From Rebecca billardiae RCC1528 (lineage: Eukaryota > Protista > Haptophyta), in assembly GCA_965240325.2 (NCBI GenBank), contig OZ251230.1, forward strand, positions 2,294,001 to 2,358,000: DNA of 64,000 nucleotides, given 5' to 3'. Position numbers and translations under genes: made by a program. Positions 31,474-43,512 of the stretch are shown here, piece by piece. Below the pieces are notes generated by a model. The model was not told the DNA's origin, ran no database searches, and saw only the letters and a program-made list of their open reading frames with translations. Positions within the stretch are counted from its first letter, which is position 1. Each line of letters opens with the position of its first letter.

Positions 31474-32976
31474 ATGATGCGCACGCCGCTCACGCGCATG
31501 GGGGCTCGCGCCTTCTCGACGGCGGGGCCAAAGCCGGTGTACCTGGCTGGGCAGGGTGTGGTGAACGTGACGCGCAAGAAGGATGCCACCGTCGCGGACA
31601 TGGGCGGCGCCGCGATTCGCGCAGCGATCGAGGTGTGCGCGCTCGCGCGCGCTAGCTCGCCGCCCCGCGTGCGCGGGCATGCACCGCCGCGCTTGGCATG
31701 GCTGGCACTGATGCGGGCACACGCGCGCTTGCGCGTTCGACTCGCCCCCCATCGGCGCGGCAGGACGCGGGCTTGGACACCAGCGAGCCGCAGGCGCTCT
31801 ATGTGGGTAACATGATGTCTGGCATGCTCTCTTCTCAGCAGCATCTTGGTCCTCTGCTGGCGAACGCCGCCGGGCTCGAGTCGGTGGAGGCGGCGACGGT
31901 GGAGGCGTGCTGCGGCGCCGGTGGCGCCGCGCTGAGGTGGGGGTACATGGCGGTGGCGAGCGGCATCTACCACACCGTCGTGGTGGCGGGCGCGGAGCAG
32001 ATGACCCACACCGACACCGCGGCGACCACGAAGGGACTCGCGACTGCGTCGCACTGGGGCAAGGAGGGCTCGAAGGGCGCCACGTTCGTCTCACTCAACG
32101 GCACGCTGATGGATCTGTACATGCAGAGATACGGCGTCAAGCACGAGGACTTTGGCGCCTTCGCCATCACCGCACACGACCACGCCCTGTCGGCTGGTGC
32201 GCGCACGAGCGCGTGCCGCAGTGGGCGCGCGCGCCGCGCTCGCCCGAGGATAGGCTGCGCGCCGCCCCATCGGAGCGGGCTCGCGGGCTCGCGCGCTCAC
32301 GCGCCCCGCGCGTGCATCGCGCGGCGCGCCCACGCGCCCGCCCGCCGCAGAGCACTCCACGCTCAAGAAGAAGATCGACATGGAAACATATTCGAACGCG
32401 CGCGTCGTCACGGAGCCGATCAAGCTCTTCGACGCGTCGCCGATGTGCGACGGCGCCGCGGCGGTGGTGCTCACGTCGAACGAGGCGCACGCGCGCGCGG
32501 GAGGGCGGCCGGCGGTGCGGATCGCGGGCTCGGCCGCCGCGAGCGACCTGCTCGCCGTCGAGGACCGGCCCGACCCGCTCCGCCTGATCGCTGTGGAGAA
32601 GTCGGCACACGGCGCGCTCGAGCAGTGCAAGCTCGAGCACGCTGACGTCGACATCTTCGAGCTGCACGATGCGTACACGATCATGGCGTGCCTGTCGCTC
32701 GAGAACGCGGGGTTCGTGCCGCGCGGCGAGGGCACGCGCTTCGCCTCGCAGGGTAGCATCAAGCTCGACGGCGAGCTGCCCATGGCCACCTTTGGCGGGC
32801 TCAAGGCGCGCGGCCACCCGGTCGGCGCGACCGGCGTGTACCAGTGCGCCGAGATGGGTAAGCAACTCACCGGCCGGGCGGGCAAAAACCAGGTGGCAGG
32901 TGCGCGCACGGCGCTCATCCAGAACATCGGCGGCTCGGGTGCCTCCGTCTTCGCGCACGCGCTCGTCGTCGAGTGA
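31474..32976 (+). CDS. Thiolase (acetyl-CoA acyltransferase), SCP2/HD-type, probably mitochondrial
   Basis: Exons 31474-31632, 31764-32196, 32351-32976. Motifs VEACCGAG, GAEQM, SPMCDGAAAVVL, FELHDAY, RGHPVGATG. Presequence-like MMRTPLTRMGARAFS. Confidence 0.9.
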
Positions 32977-33507
32977 TAGCAGACGTGCAGCTTGATGCCA
33001 AGTGGCGATGACTCTGACGACGCCACGGCACCACCACAGGATCTGGTCGGATCGGGTCTGCGCGAGCTGACTGGCAACGGCGCAGGGCCCCGGCGGCGAC
33101 GCGACAAGGCACGGGCGTCGGACGCCGTGTTTGCAGTAGTAGTAAGCTAGACTGATGACGTACTCGAGCATAGCAGTGTAGCATCATGCGGTGAGTTGGA
33201 TGGCTCGTTGCCACGCAGTCGTCGGCGGCGGCCGGCGGCCGGGCGGATATTGATATTCGATCTGACGCGGCGGGTTATTCGCTGTCCTCAGAGAAGAACT
33301 GCTCCGATATACTGCGTGATGCTGATATGGCGGGCCGTAGGTCCGCCCCTTGTAGTGCCCGGGAAAAGGATAAGAAAAAGAAAAGGAAAAAAGAAAATCG
33401 CCTCGCAAAGAAAAGAAAATCGCCTCGCTCACTGCCGGGTCGCTTCGCTCACTACCGGGCGCCCTCGCAGCTCCCACTGGGGACGCTCGGCCGAAAGAGA
33501 GTCCTGG

Positions 33508-34250
33508 ATGGCGCGGAGCGCGTGGGCCGCGCGCGCCGAATCCAACGCCGGAGCGGACATCGTGAGAAGACTCCCGAGGGGTGTTTTCGCCCGATTCGCG
33601 ATTGCTGCCCTCGTCGTCTCGCGTGCAGGTCGAACGGGGGCTAAATCGACGCGTTTGGAGCGGTACGCTCGGCGCGTCGACACGATCGTGCGACCTGGGG
33701 CGATCCTCGCCTGACGTGCACGTCGAAAGCTCGCACCGGCCATAGCATCAAGCGCTGCGCACGATGGCCGCCTCGCTCGATTCACCGTCGCGCGTCGGGC
33801 TCGGTGCGGAACGGCCCTCATCACGAGGCGTCTCGCGGGCGGGAAGCGCCATCGCACGCGACGCAAGATTTGGCGCGGCCTTCTGAACACCATAACCGGA
33901 ATCCACACACCGGACTGTCGCGTGCCCCGGTCCAGTGGTCAGCAAGGTCGGGCGCATATGCAAATCCGTTTGCTACGATCGGTGGTGTTCCAGCGCGGGC
34001 GATCATGTTTCGCGCTCGCGAGCTCGCGGCCAAAGATCGCTCGGCGCTCGAGGGCCCACGTCCGGCCTGCATGGCGCCGACGGTGACCAATGCGACGGAG
34101 GGGCAGCGCAAAGCGGCGTACGACGCGCACCGCACGCACCTCCCGGGTTTGCAGCCGTGGAAGGAACCGCGTCTTGGCGAGTCGGCGGCCCTCGTCGCAC
34201 AGCGCTATGACCGATTGACCGATCCCAGAGGCGCATCCGCGACGAGCTGA
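33508..34250 (+). CDS. Possible small spliced hypothetical protein
   Basis: Protein-like frames at 33508-33690 and ~33930-34250 (AYANPFATIGG...HRTHLPGLQPWKEPRLG); exon structure not resolved. Confidence 0.3.
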
Positions 34251-35118
34251 AACGCCGAGCGTGCAACATTGTCGCCCCATCCTCCACCATGTCACGAGCG
34301 CTGCGGGACGAGGCCGACGTCGTGAAGCCAGTGGCACATGCGCTGCGCTTCCTGTGCCTGCTCGAGCAGCGCGTGCCGGCACCCTCGATCGCGAGTGGCA
34401 CACGCTCTCGCACTGCGCGCGCGCGCACCGCACTTCCAGACGACCTAAACAAATGAAACATGACATCACACTCCGCCACCACTGTTTAGCTCCGAGGACA
34501 TTGAACCGTCACCGTCAGGCGTCACTCAAGCAAGCCGCCGTCGCACGCCAATCAGTTATTGGCCAGTGCGTGCGCACAGTCGACGGCTCGGCTGTCGGCA
34601 CCCGGGATGACGAGTAGCGCCGAGTGGGTGCACGAATACACGCGCAATCACACTGTCGGTGAGATCACCAGAGTCATCTGTCGCGTTATTATTCGTCAGT
34701 GAGTCAGGTAGCTCACCATCTGATCTGTGTGTCGCATTGTAGTATTCGTCATCCTGCCCGTCAAACCGCTAAATAAAAGCAGCGCGAACCCGCTGGGGAA
34801 ATATTGCGACAGCACTGGCACGGCCCGCCGACCCCCCCGCCCGCCAGGGCAGAGTTTATTCTGAGTGATGACGGGTTGACAGTTGCACGACCATTGCATC
34901 AACCCTTGCATCAATTGACAGCACTTGCAAACCGTGCCAAGCCCAAGCGGAAGGAACAATGCTGGTCCGGACGATGCTGCACCAACAGGGCCTCATGTAC
35001 AGGGAGATCTCAGATCTCCCTTGGCAGCACGCAGCAATTGTATTGTAAATTGATGCATCAGCAACTGATCGGCTGCTCCTGCAAGTCCTGCAACTCGGCA
35101 GGACGCACTACGAAGTCG

Positions 35119-36838
35119 ATGGGCACCACGATGCACGCAGCGCTGGCGAGCGCACTCGCCCTCCTCGCGGTTGCGCCGTCGTCGGCAGCCGTCGTGAGGC
35201 CTAGCGGGCTGGCAGGGCATGCGATACCAAGCTTGCGCCGACCGCGCGCCGCGCTGCTCATGGAGGCCACCTCGACGAGCGCCGCGGTGCTGCGCGAGCG
35301 CGCGAGCACTGCGCTGCGTGGGGTGGCCTTTGACGCGCTCGGGCCACTCGAGCTCCTCCCCGGCGTCGAGTCGCTGGACGTGGTCGCGCTCGGGCTCGTC
35401 GACCCCGACGAGCTCGCCGTGAGCGACGACGGAAGCGTCAGCCTCGAGCTGCGCTCGCGCACGCCCGCGCAGCCGGCGGTGGTCGCGCTCGCGCGCGCAT
35501 GCGAGGACGCTCTCATGCGCGAGCTGGACGTGCCCTCGGCGCGCGTGACGCCGACGCTCGCGCCCACGCCGAAGGACTCGGGGCAGGACTCGGCGGGACT
35601 GAAGGAGGTCGCGCACGTCGTCGCGGTCGGCTCGTGCAAGGGCGGCGTCGGCAAGAGCACGTGCGCCGTCAACCTCGCATTTGCGCTTGCGCAGCTTGGC
35701 GCGCGCGTCGGCATCGTCGACGTCGACATCTACGGGCCGTCGCTGCCGACGATGGTGCAGCCGGCGAGCGCGCAGGTGCAGGTGATTGGCTCGGCGATCC
35801 TCCCGCTCGAGGCGCACGGCGTCGCCGCCATGTCCATCGGCTGGGTCAACCCGAACGCGATGCTGCTGCGCGGTGCCAAGATCGCTCCGCTCGTCGAGCA
35901 GCTCGTCGGTCAGACGGCCTGGGGCCCCCTGGACTATTTGGTGGTGGACATGCCGCCGGGCACGGGCGACATCCAGCTCGCGCTGTCGCAATCGATCCGC
36001 GTGGCGGGCTGCGTGCTCGTGACCACGCCGCAGCGCCTCTCCTTCGTCGACGTCGTCAAGGGCGTCGAGATGCTCGACAAGGTCGGCATCCCCACCCTGG
36101 CCGTCCTGGAGAACATGGCTTCATACTCGCCGCCGCGCGTGCCCGCAGAGCGGGTGGCCGCGTTCTGTGAGAAGCACGGGCTGGGCGCGGAGGCGCGCGC
36201 GGAGCTCGAGGCCGAGCTGATCGAGCCGGCCGCGCAGCCGCTGCGCCTCTTCGGCGGCGGGCACGTCGAGCGCCTCCGCGAGATGTGGGGCATCGCGGCC
36301 AGCTACTCGCTGCCTCTGTTGCCTGAGGTGGCGCACGCGAGCGATGCGGGTGCGCGCGGCGCGCGCGCGCGCGCGCGCGCGCGCCGCGCGCTCGCCGGAG
36401 TTGGCCGTCCGTGGGGGTGGCGCGGGGCGGCAGGCTGACGCGCCGCGAGCGCGCGCGCGCCGCCGCCGCGCGCGCGCCGTAGGCCTGCCCCACGTCGTCG
36501 CGCACCCGGAGAGTGAGGCCGCCTCGGTTTTCCGTCAGCTCGCCGGCTCCGTCGCTCTCGAGGTGATGAAGCAGACGCTGGCGCCTGCAGATCGGCCGAT
36601 GGTCGTTTACGACGAGGGCGCGCGCGAGGTCGTCGCGACGATCGGCGGGGTGCGGTACGCGCTCTCGCCGCTCGAGCTGCGCCGCCGTTGCCGCTCGCCG
36701 ACCAACGATCCGGACGCGTGCCCCGACGATGTGCACCCGCTCGACATCGTGCCGATGGGCAACTACGCTGTCTCGGTGAACTGGAGCGATGGCCACCAGT
36801 CACTCTTCCCGTACGCGACGTTCACCGGCCACTTTTGA
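35119..36838 (+). CDS. HCF101: HCF101, plastid Mrp/NBP35-family Fe-S cluster assembly ATPase
   Basis: Exons 35119-36349 and 36483-36838. Signal/transit-like N-terminus, SCKGGVGKS P-loop, DVDIYGPSLP, DMPPGTGDIQL, and a C-terminal DUF971-like PMGNYAVSVNWSDGH. Confidence 0.9.
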
Positions 36839-37279
36839 GTCGCGTAGCAGTCGTCAGACGAGTCGCATAGCAGTCTGTTCTGACGCTGATGTCGTCGATG
36901 GAGTGATGATACGACTACTATATACGTGCATGTACCGCGCACTACTCTCTCATCTCTGCACGCGTATAGCTTATTATTATTAAGCTATACAGTAGCTTTA
37001 AAAGCTACACTGAGTTAGTGAGTACACGACAGTCGACAGACCGGACTGTCCCGTGTCCGCAGTGTCACCGTCAGAACCGTGATATGTAAGCTATACCCAC
37101 TACAGTACTACCGCGTCCGGACGGCATCGTCTGGCTCTGCGGCGCATGCTGCTGTAGACAGCTGTAGTAGTAAGTAGAGTGCGGGCCGCAGCGCCAGTCT
37201 CAGGGCGGTGACTCAGGCTGAGGCTCCGCAGGCGTCAGCCCGGGCGCCTGCGGCCAGTCGTCATCATCGTCGGAGTGAG

Positions 37280-38531
37280 CTAGTACCGGAAGAGCACAAG
37301 ACTGATGGCCATGACGGCCATGCCGAGCGATACAAGTGCGCCCGCGTGCCACGGCCTGTCGCCAGCGGTGGCGGCGCCAAGGGGCGGCGCAGCAGCGATG
37401 AGAGAAGGTGCCGGCAGCTTGCTCAGCATGATGTTCCAGTCCCTTACTCCCTAAAAAGCAAAACGCGCAGCATGATCGCAGGAGGGCCGCGCGCGCGCAC
37501 TTGCTGGCGTATCTGAATGCAGTCGGCATCATCTCGAGGACGACGATGTAAAGCATCATCCCGGCCACCAGGCCGAACACGATGCCGAAGCCGATATCGG
37601 AGAGAACGGTGCGGAGTGCCAGCCAACCTGGGCACGCCCGTAGGGTGAGGCACGGTGTCTCGGCGGAGCGCGCGCGCACGGAGGCCGCGCTGCGAATGCG
37701 CCGCGCGCGCCGCCCGCGCGCGCCGCGCGCACCAAGGCACCCGCCTATCGGCTCCGTCAGCCCCGAGAGCGTCGCATACGCCACCGCGCGCACCCTGGAG
37801 CCTGACGAGTAGTAGACCGGCATCGCCACGGCCATCCCCTCCGGGATGTTGTGCAGGGCGATGCCAATGACTAGCGCGCCGCCGACGGTGGGATCGAGCA
37901 CGGTCGCGACGAAGACAGCCAGCCCCTCTGGGAAGTTGTGCAGCGCGACGGCGGCCGCGGTGAGCATCGCCATGGCGTGCAGCTCGCGGTGCTGCTGCCT
38001 CTCCACAGCCGATGGCTCCAGGCCCACATCCGCCGCGTCCGCGCTCGTGGGCGTGAGCGAGCCGTTGCCGTTCGAAGGGCCGCCGCTGCTCGACGCCTGC
38101 GTCGAGTGTGCGTGCACACTCGAAGCCGGCGGGAGGGGCCCTTTGCTGCCCGTCACCTCCGCGAAATCGTGCCCGAGGTTGGAGCTGCTACCTGACAGCC
38201 GGAGCAGCACGTGCACAGCTGCCTCGAGCCCCGCGCAGACGAGCATGCCGCCAAAGAGGCACGCGGTCGCCACGGCGTAACCTGGCCCGGCACCAAGCTG
38301 GGACTCGAGAGCGTCGACACCCTTTCGAAAGATCTCCTCGTAGCTCACGTGCAGCATCACGCCGGCCGAGACCGCCAGGCCGCCTGCGAGCAGGTCATTC
38401 TCCCTCGCGCTGATGAAGCGCTCCGCAAACACGCTCAGGCCACCGATCGAGGTGCATAAGCCAGCTGCGATGGAGAGGACCGCAGCCAGGACGACGTTCG
38501 ACTCGTCGTACGCGCCTTGCGCCACCGACAT
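37280..38531 (-). CDS. zupT: ZIP-family zinc/metal transporter (ZupT-like)
   Basis: Exons 38531-37733, 37627-37501, 37355-37280. Motifs LHNFPEG, IALHNIPEG.AVAMP, SGLTEPIG; the spliced C-terminus reads GMAVMAISLVLFRY*. Confidence 0.92.
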
Positions 38532-39274
38532 GCTGGTCGTCGGCAAATACCCCTTCAATAAGGCCTATGCTCGCCCGTCGCCCGTCGGGGGCGCCATCGT
38601 GGATCCACGGTTGCAATCCACGGTGGACGTGGCGCAAGCGCCGCAGGCACTTGGCCCTAATCGTTTGGTGCGCGTCGCATTGACGTCGGACGTCGCGCAG
38701 CAACGCGCTATGATCCAGCATGCCGTGCACGTGCATGCAGCTACGACGGCCCTGCTAGGGTACTGTAGTACCATAGCTGTCATCCAGCCAGGCAGTAGCA
38801 GAGAGCTTCATCGGAACTCGGAAGGGTAGTGCTTGATGCCGAGTTGCCGCCCGTGACCGTACACGTGCGTGCCCGTGGCCGTAGCCTGCAGCCTGAATCA
38901 GTGAATGCCGTCCCCTGCCGCAGCTGTCGCCGCAGCCAGTCCACTGATGAAGCCCGCACTCGAGCGACGCTGCCAGGCTGCCATTGGGGCCCCGGCCAAA
39001 GCTGCGCACTTGCTCACCAGCGGCACGCCGCTGATGCGGCTGCTGCGTAGCACTCATTGCGTGGTGGCTCCGTGCCAACGGGAGTCCGGCGCCCAGCCGG
39101 CTCAGAGCTGCTCCAGAGCCAGCTGGCCGCGAGGAGCTGGCAAGCCAGGCCCAGGTACACCACGCTCTGGCGACGAGCTGCGGGCCGACGTCACGCACGG
39201 CTTGCAAACCCAGCTCGCGCTCGCGCGTGCCGTGGCAGCACGCCAGAGCTCCGCGCGGCGCGCTCGGCGCGCGC

Positions 39275-39859
39275 TCAGTACTGCTCTGCATTCCTTGGCG
39301 TGCTGCACGCGCGCAGGATGAGGCCGGCGCCCACCGTGCCGCCCACGACGAGCATGACGATCATGTAGCCGAACGACTTGTTGCGCATGCCACACTGCCC
39401 CCATGACCACTGGTCGGCCGTGCGCGACGTGGCCGTGCTCAGCTTGTCGCGCGTGTAGGTGTCGGAGAGGTGAGACGGGCCTTGGAACAGCCCGCCCGTC
39501 CAGCACACTCGTTCCCACGAGGCGTGGCTGTCTATGGTGAAGGTGCTGCTCAGCGTGACCGTCTGATTGAGCGAGCCCTTCGACACCCACACGCACCCCG
39601 GCCGCGTCACGCAGTCGTGGCACTCCTCGATGAGGCCCGGGGCGCACCGGCAGACATCAGGCTCGCGCGTGAACGCCGGGCAGAGCGTCGACTGCAACGT
39701 TCTGACCTCGACGCAGCGCTGTGTGGCGTAGCACCATGCGCACGCCAACTTGCCGTCGTCCCCCTTCGGCTCGAGGCACGCCGCGCAGTCCGCCTTGTCG
39801 CACGGGCCGCTGCTCGCCGCGGCGGCGAGCACCGCGGCGGCAAATGCGGCGCAGTGCAT
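39275..39859 (-). CDS. Small single-pass membrane protein with two PSI-like Cys-rich modules
   Basis: Signal peptide, CAACL...CAWC...C and CHDCV...GCVW...CW, WGQC, then a TM helix. The 3' end may be spliced. Confidence 0.7.
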   Translation of the reverse strand: MHCAAFAAAVLAAAASSGPCDKADCAACLEPKGDDGKLACAWCYATQRCVEVRTLQSTLCPAFTREPDVCRCAPGLIEECHDCVTRPGCVWVSKGSLNQTVTLSSTFTIDSHASWERVCWTGGLFQGPSHLSDTYTRDKLSTATSRTADQWSWGQCGMRNKSFGYMIVMLVVGGTVGAGLILRACSTPRNAEQY

Positions 39860-39993
39860 GGCTGCCGGAGTGCCGATGCCCGACGATGACGATTGATGAC
39901 GCGGCGCGCACTGAACCTCAAGTTGGAAAGTGACGGCAGGCGGACTCCGCGGAACTGAGTGGCGGACAACGATCCGAACGATATCCCTCAACG

Positions 39994-40485
39994 ATGGCTG
40001 CCATATTCGCCGCACTCGTGTTCTCCCCAGTAGCTTTCCACCCCGCTGCGCGAGCGGTACGCAGCCCGCTGGTCTCCGACTACGCGGCGCAAGTGGTACT
40101 CAGGTCAAGGGAGTCACCCTTGCTCCGGCAAGCGCACGCGTCGAGATTCGCTCCTCGACTGGCTCCGTCCGCGGAGTCTGACATCAACGGCTGCGTCACG
40201 ATCACATACTGCACACGCTGCAACTGGATGCTCCGGAGCGCGTGGCTCGCGCAGGAGTTGCTGTCGACCTTCGGGCCATCCGGCGAGGTGCGCTCCGTCA
40301 CGCTCGTGCCTGACTCGTCGGGTGGCGTCTTCACTGTGCACTGCGACGGAGAGCTGGTGTGGGACCGCTCCGCGGAGCAGACGCCCGGGTTCCCGGAGGC
40401 GAAGGTGCTCAAGCAGCTCGTCCGTGATGTCGTGTGCCCCGACCGAGGACTCGGTCACTCGGACTCGCCAGGTCGTGAACGCTGA
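39994..40485 (+). CDS. SelW/SelT/SelH (Rdx)-family thioredoxin-like protein, Cys-type, probably plastid-targeted
   Basis: ITYCTRCNWMLRSAWLAQELLSTF...GGVF.V...LVWDR...FPEAKVLKQLVRD...GHSD. N-terminal extension MAAIFAALVFSPVAF. Confidence 0.9.
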   Translation: MAAIFAALVFSPVAFHPAARAVRSPLVSDYAAQVVLRSRESPLLRQAHASRFAPRLAPSAESDINGCVTITYCTRCNWMLRSAWLAQELLSTFGPSGEVRSVTLVPDSSGGVFTVHCDGELVWDRSAEQTPGFPEAKVLKQLVRDVVCPDRGLGHSDSPGRER

Positions 40486-40808
40486 ACAGGCTCATCGACA
40501 TGTGTACGGGGCCGCTGAGGCCGCCGGTGAACGACGTGACTGTGACTCAGTGTCAGTGACTGTCATATCCGTCCTGGGCGGATTAGCCCGGGCCGCCGCT
40601 GTGCCATATTAATTAGGCATTAGACTTAGATCGAGCGTCTTACTCTTCAGTTATAGCAGAGTCTATTATCATCTAGATTCACGGGTACGAATGTTATACG
40701 CACACCATGTCCGCCGCGCCGGACGATACTCCGCCTCCGGCGCCGGGCGCCGCGGGATAAGTTTCGGGGCGGATATATATATATCTATCAGTCAATGATG
40801 CTATATTT

Positions 40809-41295
40809 GGCTCTGGCTCCGGTTGACCCCTGCCAGTCCGGTCATAGAAACCGGGCGTACCGAAAATGATCTTCGCATTCCTGCGGCCGAATGAACGCCC
40901 GAAGTGTCCCACAGGGCTCCAAGTAGGGTTACTATGGATGGCCAATAAGTGCCCAGGGTGTGAAACTCAGTTTGTGACTACTTCAGACTCTATTTTTCAT
41001 AGCTATATTTACCCAGTCCGGTGACATATTTCCAATAGCTACGGGTGCATCCGGATCGCTCCCGGACCGTGTTCTGACCAGAGTCTGAAATTGGTAAATA
41101 CATAGTAAAAATAGAGTCTGAAAGACTTTCTATAGAGGCGGAAGTGCTTGTTGGCCCAATATCGCTCTGAAGTCATCATCTAGGCATCCATTGAGGTCCT
41201 CCTGTGCAGTTTTCACGAGTGACTTCATGAAGGAGCTCACAGTAGTCACAGTGCCCGTCTCTGGCAGGGGTCAACCGAACTCCGAAGCCAGAGCC
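40809..41295. mobile_element. Non-autonomous TIR element, 4-bp TSD ATTT (copy B, inverted relative to copy A)
   Basis: GGCTCTGGCTCCGGTTGACCCCTGCCAG ... CTGGCAGGGGTCAACCGAACTCCGAAGCCAGAGCC. ATTT at 40805-40808 and 41296-41299. Subterminal sequence is shared with 26033-27260. Confidence 0.85.
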
Positions 41296-41680
41296 ATTTG
41301 CTATGCTACAGGCAGCGGCTGACCCGGCGCCTGTGTCTGCACTCAGTGCTCTGCTCCGTGCGCCCTCTAATCACTACAGTAATGGCTCTGGGCTGTGATC
41401 CCGTAGATGGTATTGGTGCAGAAGAAGACGATGCGGCTGCGAGTACATGAGCGTGACACCGGAAAGAGGCGGGCGGCACGACGCTGAGCAGCAAATATAT
41501 GCATCATGGCTCGAATGCAATGCCGCTTTTATTTTATTACATATATATAATATTATAACGAACTGTAATAAGCAGTCGTCGCGCCGTCGACAGTTCGACT
41601 TCGTGGGCGGCCCCGTCGGCCGTCCGGCCGTCGGATATGCTAGCTCAGCTGTCAGCAGAGTCAGCTCGGCCGCTGCAATA

Positions 41681-43090
41681 CCGATCCGACCTGCAGCTTG
41701 CAAACCAAGCCCCCCAAAACGGGATCGGGCAAGCACTGGGCGACGCGAGGGCCCGCCTGCGCAGCGCTCCCAAGGCCGCATGCGGGCGTGACACACTGAC
41801 AGCCGTGCGCGGGCACTTTGTGGGGGCTAGAGACCCGTAGGCAGCAATCGTGCCGCCTCGCCGACGCCCTCGCCGCCCTCTCCGCGCGGCAGAGACCTGC
41901 CGGATGGCAAGCGCAGTTCTGGAGAAGGCCTGTCCGACGAGCGTGATGGGCACGCGTGCGCCCCTGGGACATTCAAAGGTCGCGGCTTTTTCGCTTCTGC
42001 GAGATGGGCAGCATGGGTGTATGGAGCGCTCGTTGGAACTTGACGCCGGTTTGGCGCCCGCGCGGCGAGGGCGACGACGGGCGTACACGGGGCCTGCGGC
42101 GGCGGGAAGCGCACGGGCGCGGCCGAGAACGGCACGGTCCGGACGCCTCTCGCCAGCCGCGGACGCGCACCGCGCCTCCTCCTCGCACGCTGCTAACTTG
42201 ATCCGGGTTAAACGGTGGTTTTGCTGCCGACCAGCTCAAGTTCCACGGCTGGTCAAGGTTCGGCTTGCGACCTCGCCGCTGGTGCTTGCCAGAAGGTACA
42301 CGAGTTGGTCGAACTCCCACGCACCCGCTCTGCGCTCGTCGACGCCCTCTGAAGGTGACTCGGGGTGCATGCGGGGCAGTGGAATGCAGTGGTTCGGCGT
42401 TGCCTCTCAGTCGTCCAGCGCGCAGGCCATGTAGCGCGGGTGTGGTGCGCGCATGGCCCGGTAATTCGGTCGCGGCATGTCTGTCTGGGCTGCCCAAGGC
42501 CTGCCGCACCGCGAAGCGAGCGCTCAGGAGCGTGTGCCGACCGTGCCAGCCCCGCCGAGATGGGGCACTTCGCTGGGAAATGCGGTGTCAAGTTCCACCC
42601 CCGCTCAAGTTCCAACGAGCGCTCCATAGCCGAGTACTCATTAATTAATAGTCATCAATATCACTGCTTCGCCGGCAGCCATGCCGACATCGATCAGACC
42701 GCACACACACGCTCGACAGCTGGCAGGCCACGGTTGAAATGGCGGCGCGCGTGATCACAAGGCTGTCGGCGAGGAGACCGCAGTGCGAGCCAAAGGAGGG
42801 CGCGCAAGACATGCATCTCGGTCGTGAGGCGTGCATGAGCCGCGAGCACGGGCACGACGTGCAAGGCAAAGCCCGAGTCATGCGCCTCGACGCGCACGCG
42901 CCGCGGCGGACGACCGAGCAGGGCGCGCGCAGGCTGGCCTTCTTGGCGGCGGCTGTCCGGGAGTGCCCGCGCACGCGCAACGCGTATTCAAGAGCTCCCG
43001 GAAGGCATCGACTCCTAAGGGACGGTGCCTTTCGCCGCGCGAGGGGTTTTGGGGGGCTTGGTTTGCAAGCCTGCAGGTCGATCCGATCGG
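41681..43090. mobile_element. TIR-bounded non-autonomous element (~40-bp IR) hosting a nested MITE
   Basis: CCGATCCGACCTGCAGCTTGCAAACCAAGCCCCCCAAAAC (41681-41720) versus GTTTTGGGGGGCTTGGTTTGCAAGCCTGCAGGTCG (43046-43080). TSD not resolved. Confidence 0.65.
42022..42626. mobile_element. MITE with perfect 22-bp TIRs and TA TSD (copy 1)
   Basis: TA|TGGAGCGCTCGTTGGAACTTGA ... TCAAGTTCCAACGAGCGCTCCA|TA. A highly similar second copy lies at 55616-56220. Confidence 0.9.
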
Positions 43091-43100
43091 CCGATCCGAC

Positions 43101-43477
43101 CTACTCGACGTCCGCGTTGGCGGGGCCGCGCTGCGCCGAGTAGTAGTCGACGCCGTGGAACTGCGTGTACGCAAAGTCGGCGGACGAGAAGTCGAGCATG
43201 TCCTTCTTGTCCTTGTCGGTGAGCTTGGAGCGCTCGCTGGTGAGGTCCTTGCCGCGCGACAGGATGGCGTCCACGTCCTCGTCCGTCACGTCCGCGTCGC
43301 TCGCCTCGAAGATCTTGTCGGCGCCGTACCGGATGGCGTGCGACGCGTCCTCGTTTGTCATCGCCTTCGACTTGTCGGCGAGCCGGCCGGACTGTAGCAC
43401 GGCCGCGCCCATCCTCAGCTTGAGCTCGGCGCGCTCGATCACCTGCTCCTCGATGGAGTCGGCGACCATCAGCCGCT
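43101..43477 (-). pseudogene. Diverged, intronless duplicate of the ISWI C-terminal segment
   Basis: [20 protein letters not shown]...[23 protein letters not shown] repeats the exon 4/5 content of the adjacent gene without the intervening intron. Confidence 0.8.
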
Positions 43478-43512
43478 GATGATCACCTGCTCCTCGATGG
43501 AGTCGGCGACCA

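Noticed and set aside
40207-40227. Selenocysteine in the SelW-like protein
   Set aside because: Both codons of the CxxC motif are TGC; there is no in-frame TGA.
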